Positions 10,310-20,785 of a DNA stretch of 64,000 bases are shown here, piece after piece. The stretch is from the IMG/VR virus record IMGVR_UViG_3300021399_000004, positions 1-64,000 of that record. One strand, given 5' to 3'. The position numbers were made by a program, and so were the translations under genes. The notes beneath the pieces are model-generated. The model was not told where the DNA came from, did not search any database, and worked only from the letters and a program-made list of their open reading frames with translations. Positions within the stretch are counted from its first letter, which is position 1, and each line of letters starts with the position of its first letter. Source of the DNA: a virus.

Positions 10310-12069
10310 AAATCATATTTGCTATCATTATTTTCAAAGCAATAATCATCAATAAAGCATTGAATGGTCGTGCGGCCGCCCCATGTATTTAGATTAGGCC
10401 GCGTATAGATTGTCAACGTTTTATTTTGATTATTGATAATTTCTTGAATAAAATCAGCATCCTTAAAATGAACATAGTCTATTCCATTAAAAGAAATTTT
10501 TATACTATCCTTATTGGCGCCCATCAACATATAATTTTTAATTGAAATATTCTTAATAATTAATCGAATCTCATCTACCCCGTTCCCAAAAAATTCCGGA
10601 TGCCCGCCAAGAGTAGCAATTAATAACTGAATACTATTTCTTGCATCCAATACATAATCTACATTGTAACAATTTTCAAATGCATCCGCTGGCAAGTCTT
10701 TATTGACATAATCAATAAATTTTTCAAGGTTCTTTCTTTCAATACCAACACCGTGCGCTCCATCGTGCCCGGCAACATAAGAAAAGAAACCACTAGCTTC
10801 TTCATATGCTTTTAAATTCGGTAACGCAGAAAAATTATTATTGCTTCGTGCAGAACCTTGTAGTAATCCATCGCCATTATCTCTTACCATTAAGCAGGGC
10901 CGATTATATTTATTTACAATGGCCATAGCAACCAAGCCGCCCAATTCTGATGGAATTTTATCTTCTGGCTCAATTTCTGCAATAATAATATTATTGTTTT
11001 GCAAGCCTTCCTTTTGAATTTTAAAATCCATAATTTCGACCGCTCGCTCTTTTAGTTTATCTTGCCTGGCTTTTGCATTTTTACCAATACGTGCAGTCTG
11101 CTCATCAGCTCTTTCGGTATCTCCATCGCGCGCGCCGCGTTTAGTGCTTTGGACAATTCGCTCTGGCTCAATAAAGCAATAAAACATTGTTTCTTTTTCT
11201 TCAATTGTGCCTACCCTTGTAATTGAATTAATTAGAGGAGCAATATAAAAAGCTATATCAATAGGAGTTAAGCCTTCATATGGAGGAGATGCTTTTTCTT
11301 TTAATGAAAAACTTTGGGATTCAATTAATGTCTTAAAACCTTGATTTTTAATATTTTTTAGTCCTAACATAATTAAGCTATTCGTTTCAGAAGTGCGTCT
11401 GTCCATAACATCAGCAATTTCTCCTAATGCAACTAGATCTAAATAATCTTGAGCATAATTACTTTCTAATAATTCGTCTAAAATTTCACAAAACTTATAT
11501 ACGACACCGGCGCCACATAAACTTTTATTTTGATACTATGGAGACAATTGATTATTAACGACAATGGCATTGTGAGAAATAACTGGTTGCCGTTCTTCAT
11601 CATACTCTTGCTCATGGTGGTCTAAACAAATACAATCAATACCTGCATCCGCAAGGCGTTTATGCTCTTCTACATCATAACTACTTGAATCAGGCGCGAG
11701 AACTAGATGATAAGTCTATGTTAGGATCCAATCAATTTTATCATCCATGCCATGCTGCTTATGCTCATGAACTGTGAAATCTAAATTAGCAGACGGGAAA
11801 TGCCTTTTAATGTATAACCATAAAATAGCGCTTGAAGTAAAGCCATCGCAATCTGCATCGACAATAAACAATATATGACTATTTTTATTTAAGTGTTCAA
11901 GTAATTTATTCGCAGCTAATTCGATATTATTTAGTAGATGTGGATCTAACTCCTAGTCGAGTGAAGGATAGTAAAAATCTTCTACATCTTCGACGCCTCT
12001 ACTCCATAAAATATCTCGTAGCGCTTCTGAGGGATCTTGAGAATATGTATTTCTTAATTTATATTTCAT
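10306..12069 (-). CDS. RecJ-like DHH/DHHA1 phosphoesterase (3 in-frame TAG)
   Basis: Track ORF 10306..11406 extends through TAGs to the ATG at 12069. The N-terminal part shows DHH-family motifs (ILFIVDADCDGFTSS, CLDHH, GAGVVYKF). Confidence 0.7.
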
Positions 12070-12072
12070 ATA

Positions 12073-13200
12073 TCACACAACCTTTACTCTTGTTTTGTAT
12101 AAATGATAAAAATTTTCTTTTCCCCTGTCCAAAGGGGAATCTTTTTCTTTTAAAACATTGTCATAATCCCAAATATATGAAAAAGAAGCCTGGCTTTTAT
12201 ATTTATCGCATTGTTTTAAAATGATTTGTTTAAAATGACGGGCTTCTTTGCTATTCCAATTTTCATACTCTTTATCAAAACCAATAATAATTTCATTTAC
12301 TCCTAAAATATTAGTTAATAAATTAATCTAATATTTATTAAAAGAAAGACCACAGCAGGCAACAGCAATGCTATTTTCACTTTCATAAATATCATCTAAC
12401 ATTACTGATTTTTCTGCTTCTACAATTAATGCAGTTCGACGTCTCTTAATACCATCTTTATGCCAATTAATTCCATATAAATTAAAATGCACCGCATGTG
12501 AATATAAAGTATCTGCAATTTTAATTGGGCCATACTTCATTTTAGTAGCTTCAATTTCTTGCGGATCAATAGTTCTTGCGCGAATACCAATTAATCTATT
12601 ATCAATGTCAAAATGGGGAATAACAATTTTATTTTGACTTATACTAAAGCAAATTTTAAACTTGTCCATTGTAGATTCGTTTATGCCGTCTTTCAACCAT
12701 AATGGATGATAATAATGAGTGAAATAAGATAAGATATTTTGATCATACTCAGGAAGTTTGGGGATATTTGCATCAAATATGTATTTATCATAGTTAATGC
12801 TATTTTGTTTTTTTAAGGAAGTATAATTAACAATATCATGCGTTAAACAACGCCTGATATAGATTAGTGCTTCTTCATAGGTTACTGGCGCGTAATTCAA
12901 TGCCATTACTTTTTGATATAATTGAAAAATTGACATATTTTCATTACATTCAGTATAGCAATGAAATAATTTATAATTTTGATACCAATACAATTTCATA
13001 CTTGCTTCATCAGTCAATAAATTATGACAAATGGTGGGGCAGATAATATAGCCACGCTCTGTATTAATCTCTATTCGATTAACTCCAAGAGTTTTTAAAA
13101 AATTAACAACATCTTCTAGAGTTAATGAATCAATTATATCTTTTGCTGTTAAACCTATATAATCTAATTCCGGGTCTTGGTATCTTAAAGTTTCAATCAT
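12073..13200 (-). CDS. DNA primase (zinc-binding plus TOPRIM; 1 in-frame TAG at 12328-12330)
   Basis: Track ORF ends at a TAG, and the reading continues 85 codons to the TGA at 12073. TOPRIM-like LIVEAEKSVM and IIIGFDKE. Overlaps the helicase stop by ATGA. Confidence 0.75.
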
Positions 13201-14792
13201 TTATTACTCACATCTTTCATCCAATTTTGAATTGGCCATTCTATTTCGCTTGAAAACAAATCTATCGGATAATCTAATGGTTGATTATCCGCATTTGTAA
13301 TAAATAAGTCTCTGCGCTCACCAGTACCTAAATGAAGATAAATCCAAATTCTAACGTTTTTAAATTGCCCGCGTCTCATTTTATAAATATCAATAACATG
13401 AGTTGGAGGATACTCTAAAATTTGTGATGGCACAGTTCCTGCTCTCGCGGCAGCCCTTAGCTTTGGCACGACCGAATTCCACATTTTTTCATTCACTTTT
13501 GTCATTACATAACCAACATCGCACTTATCACTCACGGCTTTTGAACCCCTTATGCTCATTTCATTTTTAAATTCCCCATCATCACCCATTGCTGTTGCGT
13601 TTACTTGTGTTGCAGAAAAAATAAAAAGATTAAAATCTTTTGCGAGCTGTTTTAATTGATTTGCAAACATCATAAGAATTGTGTGCTCACCCAAACTATT
13701 TTTCGCAAATTCATTAATTAAGCTAGCTGTTGAATGTATATAGTCAAAGATTACATACTTTACTTTATATAATGTTGCATATTTTTTAATTGCGGCCTCT
13801 ACATTAACTAAGTTGGGCTCACTAATTTCTTCTATAAAAAAATACCCGCTATATTTATTCATAATTGTAGCTGCATATTTTACTCTACTTAGTTCTCCAA
13901 GATCATATTTACCTGTTAAAATATGACTCTCATCAACTCCTGATAGATATGCAAGCATTATTGTTTGTAATTCTTCTTTATCCATCTCTGTAACGATAAA
14001 TAAAACTTTTCTTGGCTGCGCTATCTCGCCTGTTTCTTTATCAACAATTTCACAAAAACAATTTTTTTCAAATGACCATCTTTCAGGATAAGCCAATCTA
14101 CAAGCATCAAAAACTGAAGTTCTGGTTTTTCCTGCGGCCGTACTAGCACTTTTTAAATAAAAGCATCCTGATCTAGCGCCCCTGCAAGCCGTACTAAAAA
14201 TTTTTCCTTCTAGAGTTGGCCCGATATTTGGAGTTGTTTGTAATTCTTCAATTAGTTCAAATACTCCTTGCGCGGGATCACCTTGCGCGCGCCCATGATT
14301 TAAAAAATCATTTCTGATAACATTGTACTTAGTCTCAACATTATTTAGAATGTCCTCTAATGACGCCGAATCAAAATTTAATTGTGCTTGAGTTTCTTTT
14401 GCTGGATCATCATCTTCTAGATAATAATCACTAATATCATATTTCTCTTTCTTTAATCGCCGCAGTAAAGCATACTTTTTTAATCTGTTATAGTATAATT
14501 TAAAATTATTAACTTCAGCATATTCATATGCTTCTTTTAAAAATTCTAATCCATTATTTTGCTGATAAATAATAGCGCTATTTGTATACTTTTCTACCTC
14601 TTGATCTACCTCAATAGGGGTTAATTTTTGTGCGCCTGCTTCCCATAATTTTTTAATAATTATAAAACAAATGCGAGCAACTTTTAATTCAAAATCTGTA
14701 GAGTTAATATCTGGATATTCTAAAAAAAGAAGCGGATTTAACATTAAACTACCTATTATCTGGCGATAAGAGACAACATCAGATAAAACCAT
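13197..14792 (-). CDS. dnaB: DnaB-type replicative helicase
   Basis: 531 aa with no TAG. Walker A SASTAAGKTR, a RecA-like C-terminal domain and a DnaB-like N-terminal domain. Confidence 0.9.
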   Translation of the reverse strand: MVLSDVVSYRQIIGSLMLNPLLFLEYPDINSTDFELKVARICFIIIKKLWEAGAQKLTPIEVDQEVEKYTNSAIIYQQNNGLEFLKEAYEYAEVNNFKLYYNRLKKYALLRRLKKEKYDISDYYLEDDDPAKETQAQLNFDSASLEDILNNVETKYNVIRNDFLNHGRAQGDPAQGVFELIEELQTTPNIGPTLEGKIFSTACRGARSGCFYLKSASTAAGKTRTSVFDACRLAYPERWSFEKNCFCEIVDKETGEIAQPRKVLFIVTEMDKEELQTIMLAYLSGVDESHILTGKYDLGELSRVKYAATIMNKYSGYFFIEEISEPNLVNVEAAIKKYATLYKVKYVIFDYIHSTASLINEFAKNSLGEHTILMMFANQLKQLAKDFNLFIFSATQVNATAMGDDGEFKNEMSIRGSKAVSDKCDVGYVMTKVNEKMWNSVVPKLRAAARAGTVPSQILEYPPTHVIDIYKMRRGQFKNVRIWIYLHLGTGERRDLFITNADNQPLDYPIDLFSSEIEWPIQNWMKDVSNK

Positions 14793-14806
14793 TTTAATCC
14801 CCTTCT

Positions 14807-15298
14807 TTAATCATCATCCAAAAAATCATCTGGATTTAATTCAGTTTTTTCTTCATCTATATTTTCTTTAATTTTTACATAACGTTCTACATATTGTGTA
14901 CCTGTAACAGCCGTTACAAGTTTATTTTCATTATATTCTTGTTGCTTTTTATACTTCAATGCTTTTTCTACAGTAAGAGGAGTTACTAATACTAAACTTT
15001 CTGATAATATCTTCTTATGTTCAACTTTATAAATATACTCTAAACAAGTGATAATGACATCATCAGTATATCCATATTTCTCTTGGAGTCTTTTCCTTTG
15101 CGTCCAAATAATCGGGCCAGGATTCTTGATACCAAAAATACTGCAAACAGTATCAGAGAATTTTTCACGATCAAGTTTTTCCTGTAAACATTTTGGGCAA
15201 TACCAATTAGTAGTTTTCCCAGATGGGCTGCTATGCTCCACTAATTCATTTTTTCTAAAATCTTGTTTGCAACCAAAACATTTTCTTGTTATTCTCAT
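14807..15298 (-). CDS. hypothetical zinc-finger protein
   Basis: 163 aa with CFGC...CPKC near the N-terminus. Confidence 0.45.
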   Translation of the reverse strand: MRITRKCFGCKQDFRKNELVEHSSPSGKTTNWYCPKCLQEKLDREKFSDTVCSIFGIKNPGPIIWTQRKRLQEKYGYTDDVIITCLEYIYKVEHKKILSESLVLVTPLTVEKALKYKKQQEYNENKLVTAVTGTQYVERYVKIKENIDEEKTELNPDDFLDDD

Positions 15299-15319
15299 CT
15301 AATCACCCTCCTATTATTT

Positions 15320-15348
15320 ATTATAGCATAAAGTATTAAAAAAGTCAA
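15320..15348 (-). promoter_or_regulatory. promoter TTGACT-N17-TATAAT
   Basis: attata at 15320-15325, agtcaa at 15343-15348, 17-nt spacer. Follows a terminator. Confidence 0.7.
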
Positions 15349-15349
15349 A

Positions 15350-15375
15350 TAAAATAGGCACCATTACGGTGCCTA
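15350..15375 (-). terminator. intrinsic terminator hairpin
   Basis: AGGCACC-5 nt-GGUGCCU at 15356-15374, flanked by A/T runs on both sides. Just after the stop at 15380. Confidence 0.65.
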
Positions 15376-15379
15376 TTTT

Positions 15380-15655
15380 TTAAATGTTCTTCATTTCATC
15401 AATAAACAATTCAATCAAATCGACTTGCGATGGAACAGCTGTACTTAACTTAAAATCTTCTGTGCCAAAAACTCTCTTAACTATATCACGCATTATATTC
15501 AATCGCTGATCTTTCTCTTCGTCTGTAGTCGCACCATTAAGATACCCCACCCAAATATTCTTTGCTTCTTCCATAACTTCGCTAAATGGGCGAGCTTTTA
15601 CCTGAGCGAATACAGTATGCTCTGTAACCTCTGCACCGTCCTTTTTAACGGCCAT
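15380..15655 (-). CDS. hypothetical protein
   Basis: 91-aa track ORF followed by a terminator hairpin. Confidence 0.45.
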   Translation of the reverse strand: MAVKKDGAEVTEHTVFAQVKARPFSEVMEEAKNIWVGYLNGATTDEEKDQRLNIMRDIVKRVFGTEDFKLSTAVPSQVDLIELFIDEMKNI

Positions 15656-15688
15656 GTCAATAGCATCACCTATTGCATCGACTAACTC

Positions 15689-16375
15689 CTAATAACCAAA
15701 TTTAATCTTAGGAGCTAAATATTGATAACGAGAACCAGCAAAAATAGTTGGGGTAGAACGAGTATATAAATATCGTTCAGATGTACCATCAGGATTTACT
15801 TGCACTTGCAAGTATCCAATAATATCTACAATTGAATTTATAATTGTGTATGCGTTAGAAGGTAAATCAGGGCATACTGCGGTAATTGTATCACCCTGTT
15901 CATCTTTCATTTCAGTTGGCTTCTCTTTACTGTGAGCTATAAATAGAATACCAAAACCTAACAAGGTTATTTCACGCCAAAATTCAGAAAATTCAGTCTT
16001 TAGCATATTCCAACCCTGTCCCCAAGCTACATCTCTTATTGTATCTACGCTTTCTCTCTGGCATATGTATTTTTCGCAGAGTTGCCAAGCAATTGACGCT
16101 GTATCAACAACAATGCTATCATACATTTCTTTTGCTTGAGGTTTTCTTAACTGGGTTAAAACTTTCTTCGCATCTGTCCAACGTAGAATGGGAACAGAAC
16201 GAATGCCTGCCAAAGCATTTGTACCTTGCTCAAAGTTCAAAAATAGTGAACGAGGAAGCTAACTACCGAAAGTTGACTTCCCGGTTTTTGGCTAACCATA
16301 AATCAGCAAAAATTTTCCCTTCAAATCTTTTGAAATTTTGCTAGGCTCTAATGTAAATATATCTATATCAGCCAT
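15689..16375 (-). CDS. AAA-type (Sak4-like) recombination/replication ATPase (2 in-frame TAG)
   Basis: Extending track ORF 15689..16240 to the ATG at 16375 restores a Walker A (LLIYG-TAG-PKTGKST). Walker B-like IVVDT is present. Confidence 0.6.
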
Positions 16376-16406
16376 TCATCTCACCTCCGATAAAGTGCAA
16401 CTGGGA

Positions 16407-17300
16407 TTACTCCCAGTTGTACTTATTGGCAGCAGGCTTCTCTGCCGGAGAAGCCTTATGAGAAGCATCAACCCTCAGTTGTTCAATCTTTGCCTTTCTT
16501 ACATTAAAAGCCTTCTTAATATCCATAGAATCATAGGCAAACTCTTCTTCCTTGCCGAAATCGTCGCCCTTAGTGATAATTAGCTCACGCACTGTCCGAG
16601 TAGTAACCTCAGGAATATCCTCACCCCAAGAACTCTGCTTACCAGATTCCTTTACTTCGGACGCAGTTACCCTTACTCTACCCTTAACAGTGATAGTATC
16701 ATTTACTTCCCAATTCTTCTCAATATATTCTACATTATCCGGGTCTTCAACGATAAACTCAAGAACATCTAGATTGCCACCATATTGCACAATACCACCC
16801 TTAATTACAAGACGACCGGTTGGATCACCATCACGATCCTCTTCAGGATGCATATCCATAATATATAGGTCAATCACAAATGTTGCAACATCATTGGTGC
16901 CGCCCTTGTTAATAAAAGATGTGTTAATCTGCCAACTATTAATAATCTGTCCAGTAGTTCTGGAAAGGAAATTATTTTCACGAATCGAAGCGCCATTAAT
17001 ACGCACAGTGTCCGCCTCATCAATACCAACTACTTGCGCAGACTTCATTTCCTTTAGAGCCTGAATCTGATCGTAACCAGGATTCAACTTATTCGCCAGC
17101 GTATACTTCGCGGCAAACATGCTAACAGGAATCTCACTGGTTTCCTCGCGTCCACCATAAGTCTGGGTTACTCGCACTGTAAGATTGGCACTCTCATAAA
17201 TACGTCCATCATTCAATGTACCGCTACGGAAGGTTACGTCTAGAAGCTTTCCAACAATATTAATCTTATTCATTGCTTGCATCATAATATCTTTGCTCAT
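16407..17300 (-). CDS. hypothetical protein, possible ssDNA-binding protein
   Basis: 297 aa with no TAG, in the replication module and driven by its own consensus promoter. The functional guess rests on context only. Confidence 0.3.
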   Translation of the reverse strand: MSKDIMMQAMNKINIVGKLLDVTFRSGTLNDGRIYESANLTVRVTQTYGGREETSEIPVSMFAAKYTLANKLNPGYDQIQALKEMKSAQVVGIDEADTVRINGASIRENNFLSRTTGQIINSWQINTSFINKGGTNDVATFVIDLYIMDMHPEEDRDGDPTGRLVIKGGIVQYGGNLDVLEFIVEDPDNVEYIEKNWEVNDTITVKGRVRVTASEVKESGKQSSWGEDIPEVTTRTVRELIITKGDDFGKEEEFAYDSMDIKKAFNVRKAKIEQLRVDASHKASPAEKPAANKYNWE

Positions 17301-17335
17301 ATTTATCTTTTCTCCTTTTTTATCTTTCTTTATTT

Positions 17336-17364
17336 ATTATATCTTATTTTTTATTAAAAGTCAA
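17336..17364 (-). promoter_or_regulatory. promoter TTGACT-N17-TATAAT
   Basis: attata at 17336-17341, agtcaa at 17359-17364. Follows terminator 17375-17399. Confidence 0.7.
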
Positions 17365-17374
17365 TTTATAAAAT

Positions 17375-17399
17375 GGGCAGTTCCATTTTGGAACTGCCC
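17375..17399 (-). terminator. intrinsic terminator hairpin
   Basis: 10-bp stem GGGCAGUUCC/GGAACUGCCC followed by AUUUUAUAAAUU on the minus strand. Confidence 0.65.
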
Positions 17400-17453
17400 C
17401 AATATACGCTTGCACGTATATAGAAACTGTTCCCACACTGGTGGGTCAGATAA

Positions 17454-17813
17454 TTACTCGGCTTCCTTCGCGGTCTTAGCAGCAGCGCGCTCGGCAGCTC
17501 TACGAGCCTTTTCCTCTTCCTTAGCAGCCTGCTTTGCGGCTTCCTCAGCAACGGGGTCATAAGTTAGACCAGCCTCAGTTAGAGTATGATATAGTACGTT
17601 ATGAGTGCGGGCCTTACGAGTCTCAGTTGCGGGAGAATCTTCTACAACCTCGGTACGAGTGGTAACAGCGTATCCCTTCTTTACTAGAGCATTCATGCTA
17701 CCTACTACAGAAGCTAGAGAAATGCCTAGCTCCTCAGCAAGCTCCTACTTGGAATAATCCTTACCATAGTTGTTCTTTAGAAAGTTTAGTACTAGCATAG
17801 AATTCTGTGTCAT
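17454..17813 (-). CDS. winged-helix DNA-binding protein with Ala/Lys/Glu-rich tail (1 in-frame TAG)
   Basis: Track ORF 17454..17696 extends through one TAG to the ATG at 17813. The HTH-like segment is ELAEELGISLASVVGSMNALVKKGY. Confidence 0.5.
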
Positions 17814-17933
17814 AATAATCAATCTCCTTTTGTTTTAAAAAATTTTATTATTTATATTAAAGCGGTAAGGAATATCCTTCTCACTTTATATACTTCTTTG
17901 TAAGATTTCTTTTTCTCTCTTTCTTACAGATAT

Positions 17934-17962
17934 ATTATACAACTTTTTTTGTTGAAAGTCAA
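17934..17962 (-). promoter_or_regulatory. promoter TTGACT-N17-TATAAT
   Basis: attata at 17934-17939, agtcaa at 17957-17962. Confidence 0.7.
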
Positions 17963-18270
17963 TTATTTGGTTCTTCCAAATATCTAACTTTTTTATTATG
18001 TTCTCGCGCATAGTTAATTTCTGAGCGAGTGCTTTCGCCAATATATCCGTTCACATTAATCACAAAAATTTCATCACTCATGTCAATTTTTGCTTTATGA
18101 ATTTCATCTAACATTATTTTCTGTTCTTGTGTTGGTTCTTTATCACTATGTCCAAATACACCAACACTAATTACAATATTCCCTTCTAGAGTCAAGCGGG
18201 ATTGCTACCGTAAAAATTCATCTTTAAATCGCGTGCTCCCGCAAAGAGTTATAACAGGATATTTACTCAT
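17959..18270 (-). CDS. hypothetical conserved phage protein (1 in-frame TAG)
   Basis: Extension to the ATG at 18270 gives MSKYPVITLCGSTRFKDEF..., a Rossmann-like N-terminus. Confidence 0.4.
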
Positions 18271-18649
18271 CTAAAAAGCACTCCTTCACGACGTTCTTTA
18301 GAGAAGTCTCATCGGCTCCTTCATTAATAACTCTATCTAATTTAGGAATCAGCATCATTTTATAACTGTCAACTACCTTTTGCTGAATATTAATACGGTC
18401 TTGCATATTTGAAGAAACAATCATTGCTCCCGCAAGAATCTTTAAATAATCTTCCTTCTTTAAAGAGTCAATGTTAAAATTTTCATCTGCAAGGCGGTCT
18501 GTCAATGAATTATAATCATCCCGCATTGTCTATGCAGTTTCATAGCCATGTTCATCGTTATTTTTCTTATCAACATCCATTACCTGCTCGGCAAGAATAG
18601 ATGTCATATTACAAATTTCTTTAAATAAAGAAATATACTAATTATTCAT
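18263..18649 (-). CDS. hypothetical protein (2 in-frame TAG)
   Basis: Track ORF 18263..18526 extends to an ATG at 18649 that overlaps the upstream stop. Confidence 0.4.
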
Positions 18650-20723
18650 ATTTTACTCCTCTTACCGCTCTACCGGTAATTTGATATTTATCATCGCCAA
18701 TCCAACGGGCTTCTTGTACATATTCATCCGCCGCTAATTTAATTGCTTTTACGCCCTTCGTTACTCGGCCAGTACATCCAATTGTTGAAATTGGATAGCA
18801 ATTATAATAGTTATTATTACTAAGAATGAAAACTTTATCATCCTCATCACTACTAGGCAGAACCATAATTAATTCGTCATCTTTATCTAACTTAATTATT
18901 GGAGTACCTTTTCGCGCGCGGACTGCAAATTCAGAGATTTCACTCCTTTTAATGTAGCCATTCTTGGTTACGCATGTAACTGTCTGGAAAGCATTAAATG
19001 TACGACTATCAATTAGTAAGAGCGGCTTCTCTGAACCGATGGGGAAAATATCTGTTAATTTAATATCTTTATCATACTTAATTTTATTAAGCATTTCAGT
19101 ATACATTTTCCCGCTGGAAGTAAATAAAAGTAAAGAATCAAGATTTACTGTAAAAATTTCAGTTTGCGCTTTTCCTCGCTTACCTCGATTTACATCTTTC
19201 TTCACAACTTTAATAGAACTTCCATTTTGAAGGACAATTACATCTTCTTCCTTTATTTCTTCTGGCTCTTCTTCGTCTCCAAGAATATTCTCAACTTTGG
19301 TTCTCCGAGCGTCACCAAATTTCTCGGATACTTCTTTTAATACTTTAATTAATTCCTCATCCAATGCAGTTGGGGTATTTAATAAGTAGCGAAGCCACTC
19401 GATTTTTCTACTAAGTTCCGCCGCCTCTTCTTCTAATTTTACAATATCAAGTTTTGTTAAACTTGATAACTTCATTGCAAGAATAGCTTTAGCTTGTTCT
19501 TCATTAAAATCATAGATAGAAATTAATTTTTCTTGTGCTTCTGATGGGCTATTAGAACTCCTAATAAGAGCAACAATTTCGTCTATAATAGAATAAGCTT
19601 TAATTAAGCCATCAACAACATTTTTTCTAGCGCAAGCCTTGTCTAAGTCAAATTGAATCATATTGCGCTTACACTGGCGAATATGCTCAATATAGGCATC
19701 ACAAGCTTCGCGCCATCCAAATACTTTTGGAAAACGTCCTTTATCAAGAAGAATCATATTGATTGAATAATGATTCTCAAGCGAAGTGTCATGATAAAGT
19801 TTAGCGATCATTTTATCGGGATTCTGCCCTTTAGAAAGATAGATACGAATATCTGCTTCTTTCTTTGTATGGTCGATAACTTTATCTATTCCATATTCTG
19901 GATTATCATTTACTAAAGCAGCAAGCTGATCTATTACCGTATTTGTAAATACACCATAAGGAAGTTCGGTGGCTTGAAGCATATTCTCTTTAGGAACAAA
20001 CTTAATATTCGCGCGCAAACGAATGGATTTACCTTTTCCTACTCTCAGGCTTTCTTTAACTTCTGAGGCATTAGTAATAGTGCTACCCGTAGCAAAATCC
20101 GGAGCACAATATATTTCATCATATGTTACAGAAGGATTCTGAATAATTTTAATAAGCGCATTATTAACTTCCCGAAGATTAAACTGAGGCACGGAGGTAG
20201 CCATTGCAACTGCGATACCTTGGCATCCATTTACAATATTCCAATACCCAATTGAAGGGAAAACAGATGGAATTTGTTCAGTGCTGTCATAATTATCATA
20301 CCATTCTGTAACCGCATTCTTTTTCAGGCCATCAAACATAAAATCTGCGACTTCGCCCGCCCTCATCTCAACATAACGAGCGGCCGCATGGCTATCAGGA
20401 GATGAAGGGTTCCCATAGCTTCCCTGAACATCTTCAAGAGGGTATCTTGCAGACCAAGGTCTAGCTACTCGGATAAGAGTATCATACATTGCCACATCGC
20501 CATGTACATATGATTGAGACATCGCGGCGGCAACGCTCTTCTGGGCTTTTTGGAACTTATCTTTATGAGTGAGCTTATTAGTGAACTGTGCATATAGACC
20601 CTGCCGCAGACCAATTTTAAGCATATCCCTAACATCTGGCAGTGACCGCTCTTGAGCTATAGAAGCTCCATACTTTAGAAATGCATCCTCAATGGTGCGT
20701 TGAAAGTCTACGTTTTTGATCAT
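18642..20723 (-). CDS. type II DNA topoisomerase, A (breakage-reunion) subunit
   Basis: 693 aa with no TAG. GyrA/ParC-like N-terminus with HAAARYVEMR (active-site Tyr region). Confidence 0.85.
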   Translation of the reverse strand: MIKNVDFQRTIEDAFLKYGASIAQERSLPDVRDMLKIGLRQGLYAQFTNKLTHKDKFQKAQKSVAAAMSQSYVHGDVAMYDTLIRVARPWSARYPLEDVQGSYGNPSSPDSHAAARYVEMRAGEVADFMFDGLKKNAVTEWYDNYDSTEQIPSVFPSIGYWNIVNGCQGIAVAMATSVPQFNLREVNNALIKIIQNPSVTYDEIYCAPDFATGSTITNASEVKESLRVGKGKSIRLRANIKFVPKENMLQATELPYGVFTNTVIDQLAALVNDNPEYGIDKVIDHTKKEADIRIYLSKGQNPDKMIAKLYHDTSLENHYSINMILLDKGRFPKVFGWREACDAYIEHIRQCKRNMIQFDLDKACARKNVVDGLIKAYSIIDEIVALIRSSNSPSEAQEKLISIYDFNEEQAKAILAMKLSSLTKLDIVKLEEEAAELSRKIEWLRYLLNTPTALDEELIKVLKEVSEKFGDARRTKVENILGDEEEPEEIKEEDVIVLQNGSSIKVVKKDVNRGKRGKAQTEIFTVNLDSLLLFTSSGKMYTEMLNKIKYDKDIKLTDIFPIGSEKPLLLIDSRTFNAFQTVTCVTKNGYIKRSEISEFAVRARKGTPIIKLDKDDELIMVLPSSDEDDKVFILSNNNYYNCYPISTIGCTGRVTKGVKAIKLAADEYVQEARWIGDDKYQITGRAVRGVKYE

Positions 20724-20747
20724 CCTCTCACTCCTTTCTTTTTATTT

Positions 20748-20776
20748 ATTATAGCATAAATTTTAAAGATTGTCAA
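20748..20776 (-). promoter_or_regulatory. promoter TTGACA-N17-TATAAT (upstream of the topoisomerase A subunit)
   Basis: attata at 20748-20753, tgtcaa at 20771-20776. Confidence 0.7.
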
Positions 20777-20785
20777 TTATTACTT

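Noticed and set aside
17293-17562. Overlapping track ORFs 17293..17562(+) and 17366..17560(-).
   Set aside because: They span a terminator, a promoter and the 3' end of the 17454..17813 gene in other frames. There are no start signals.
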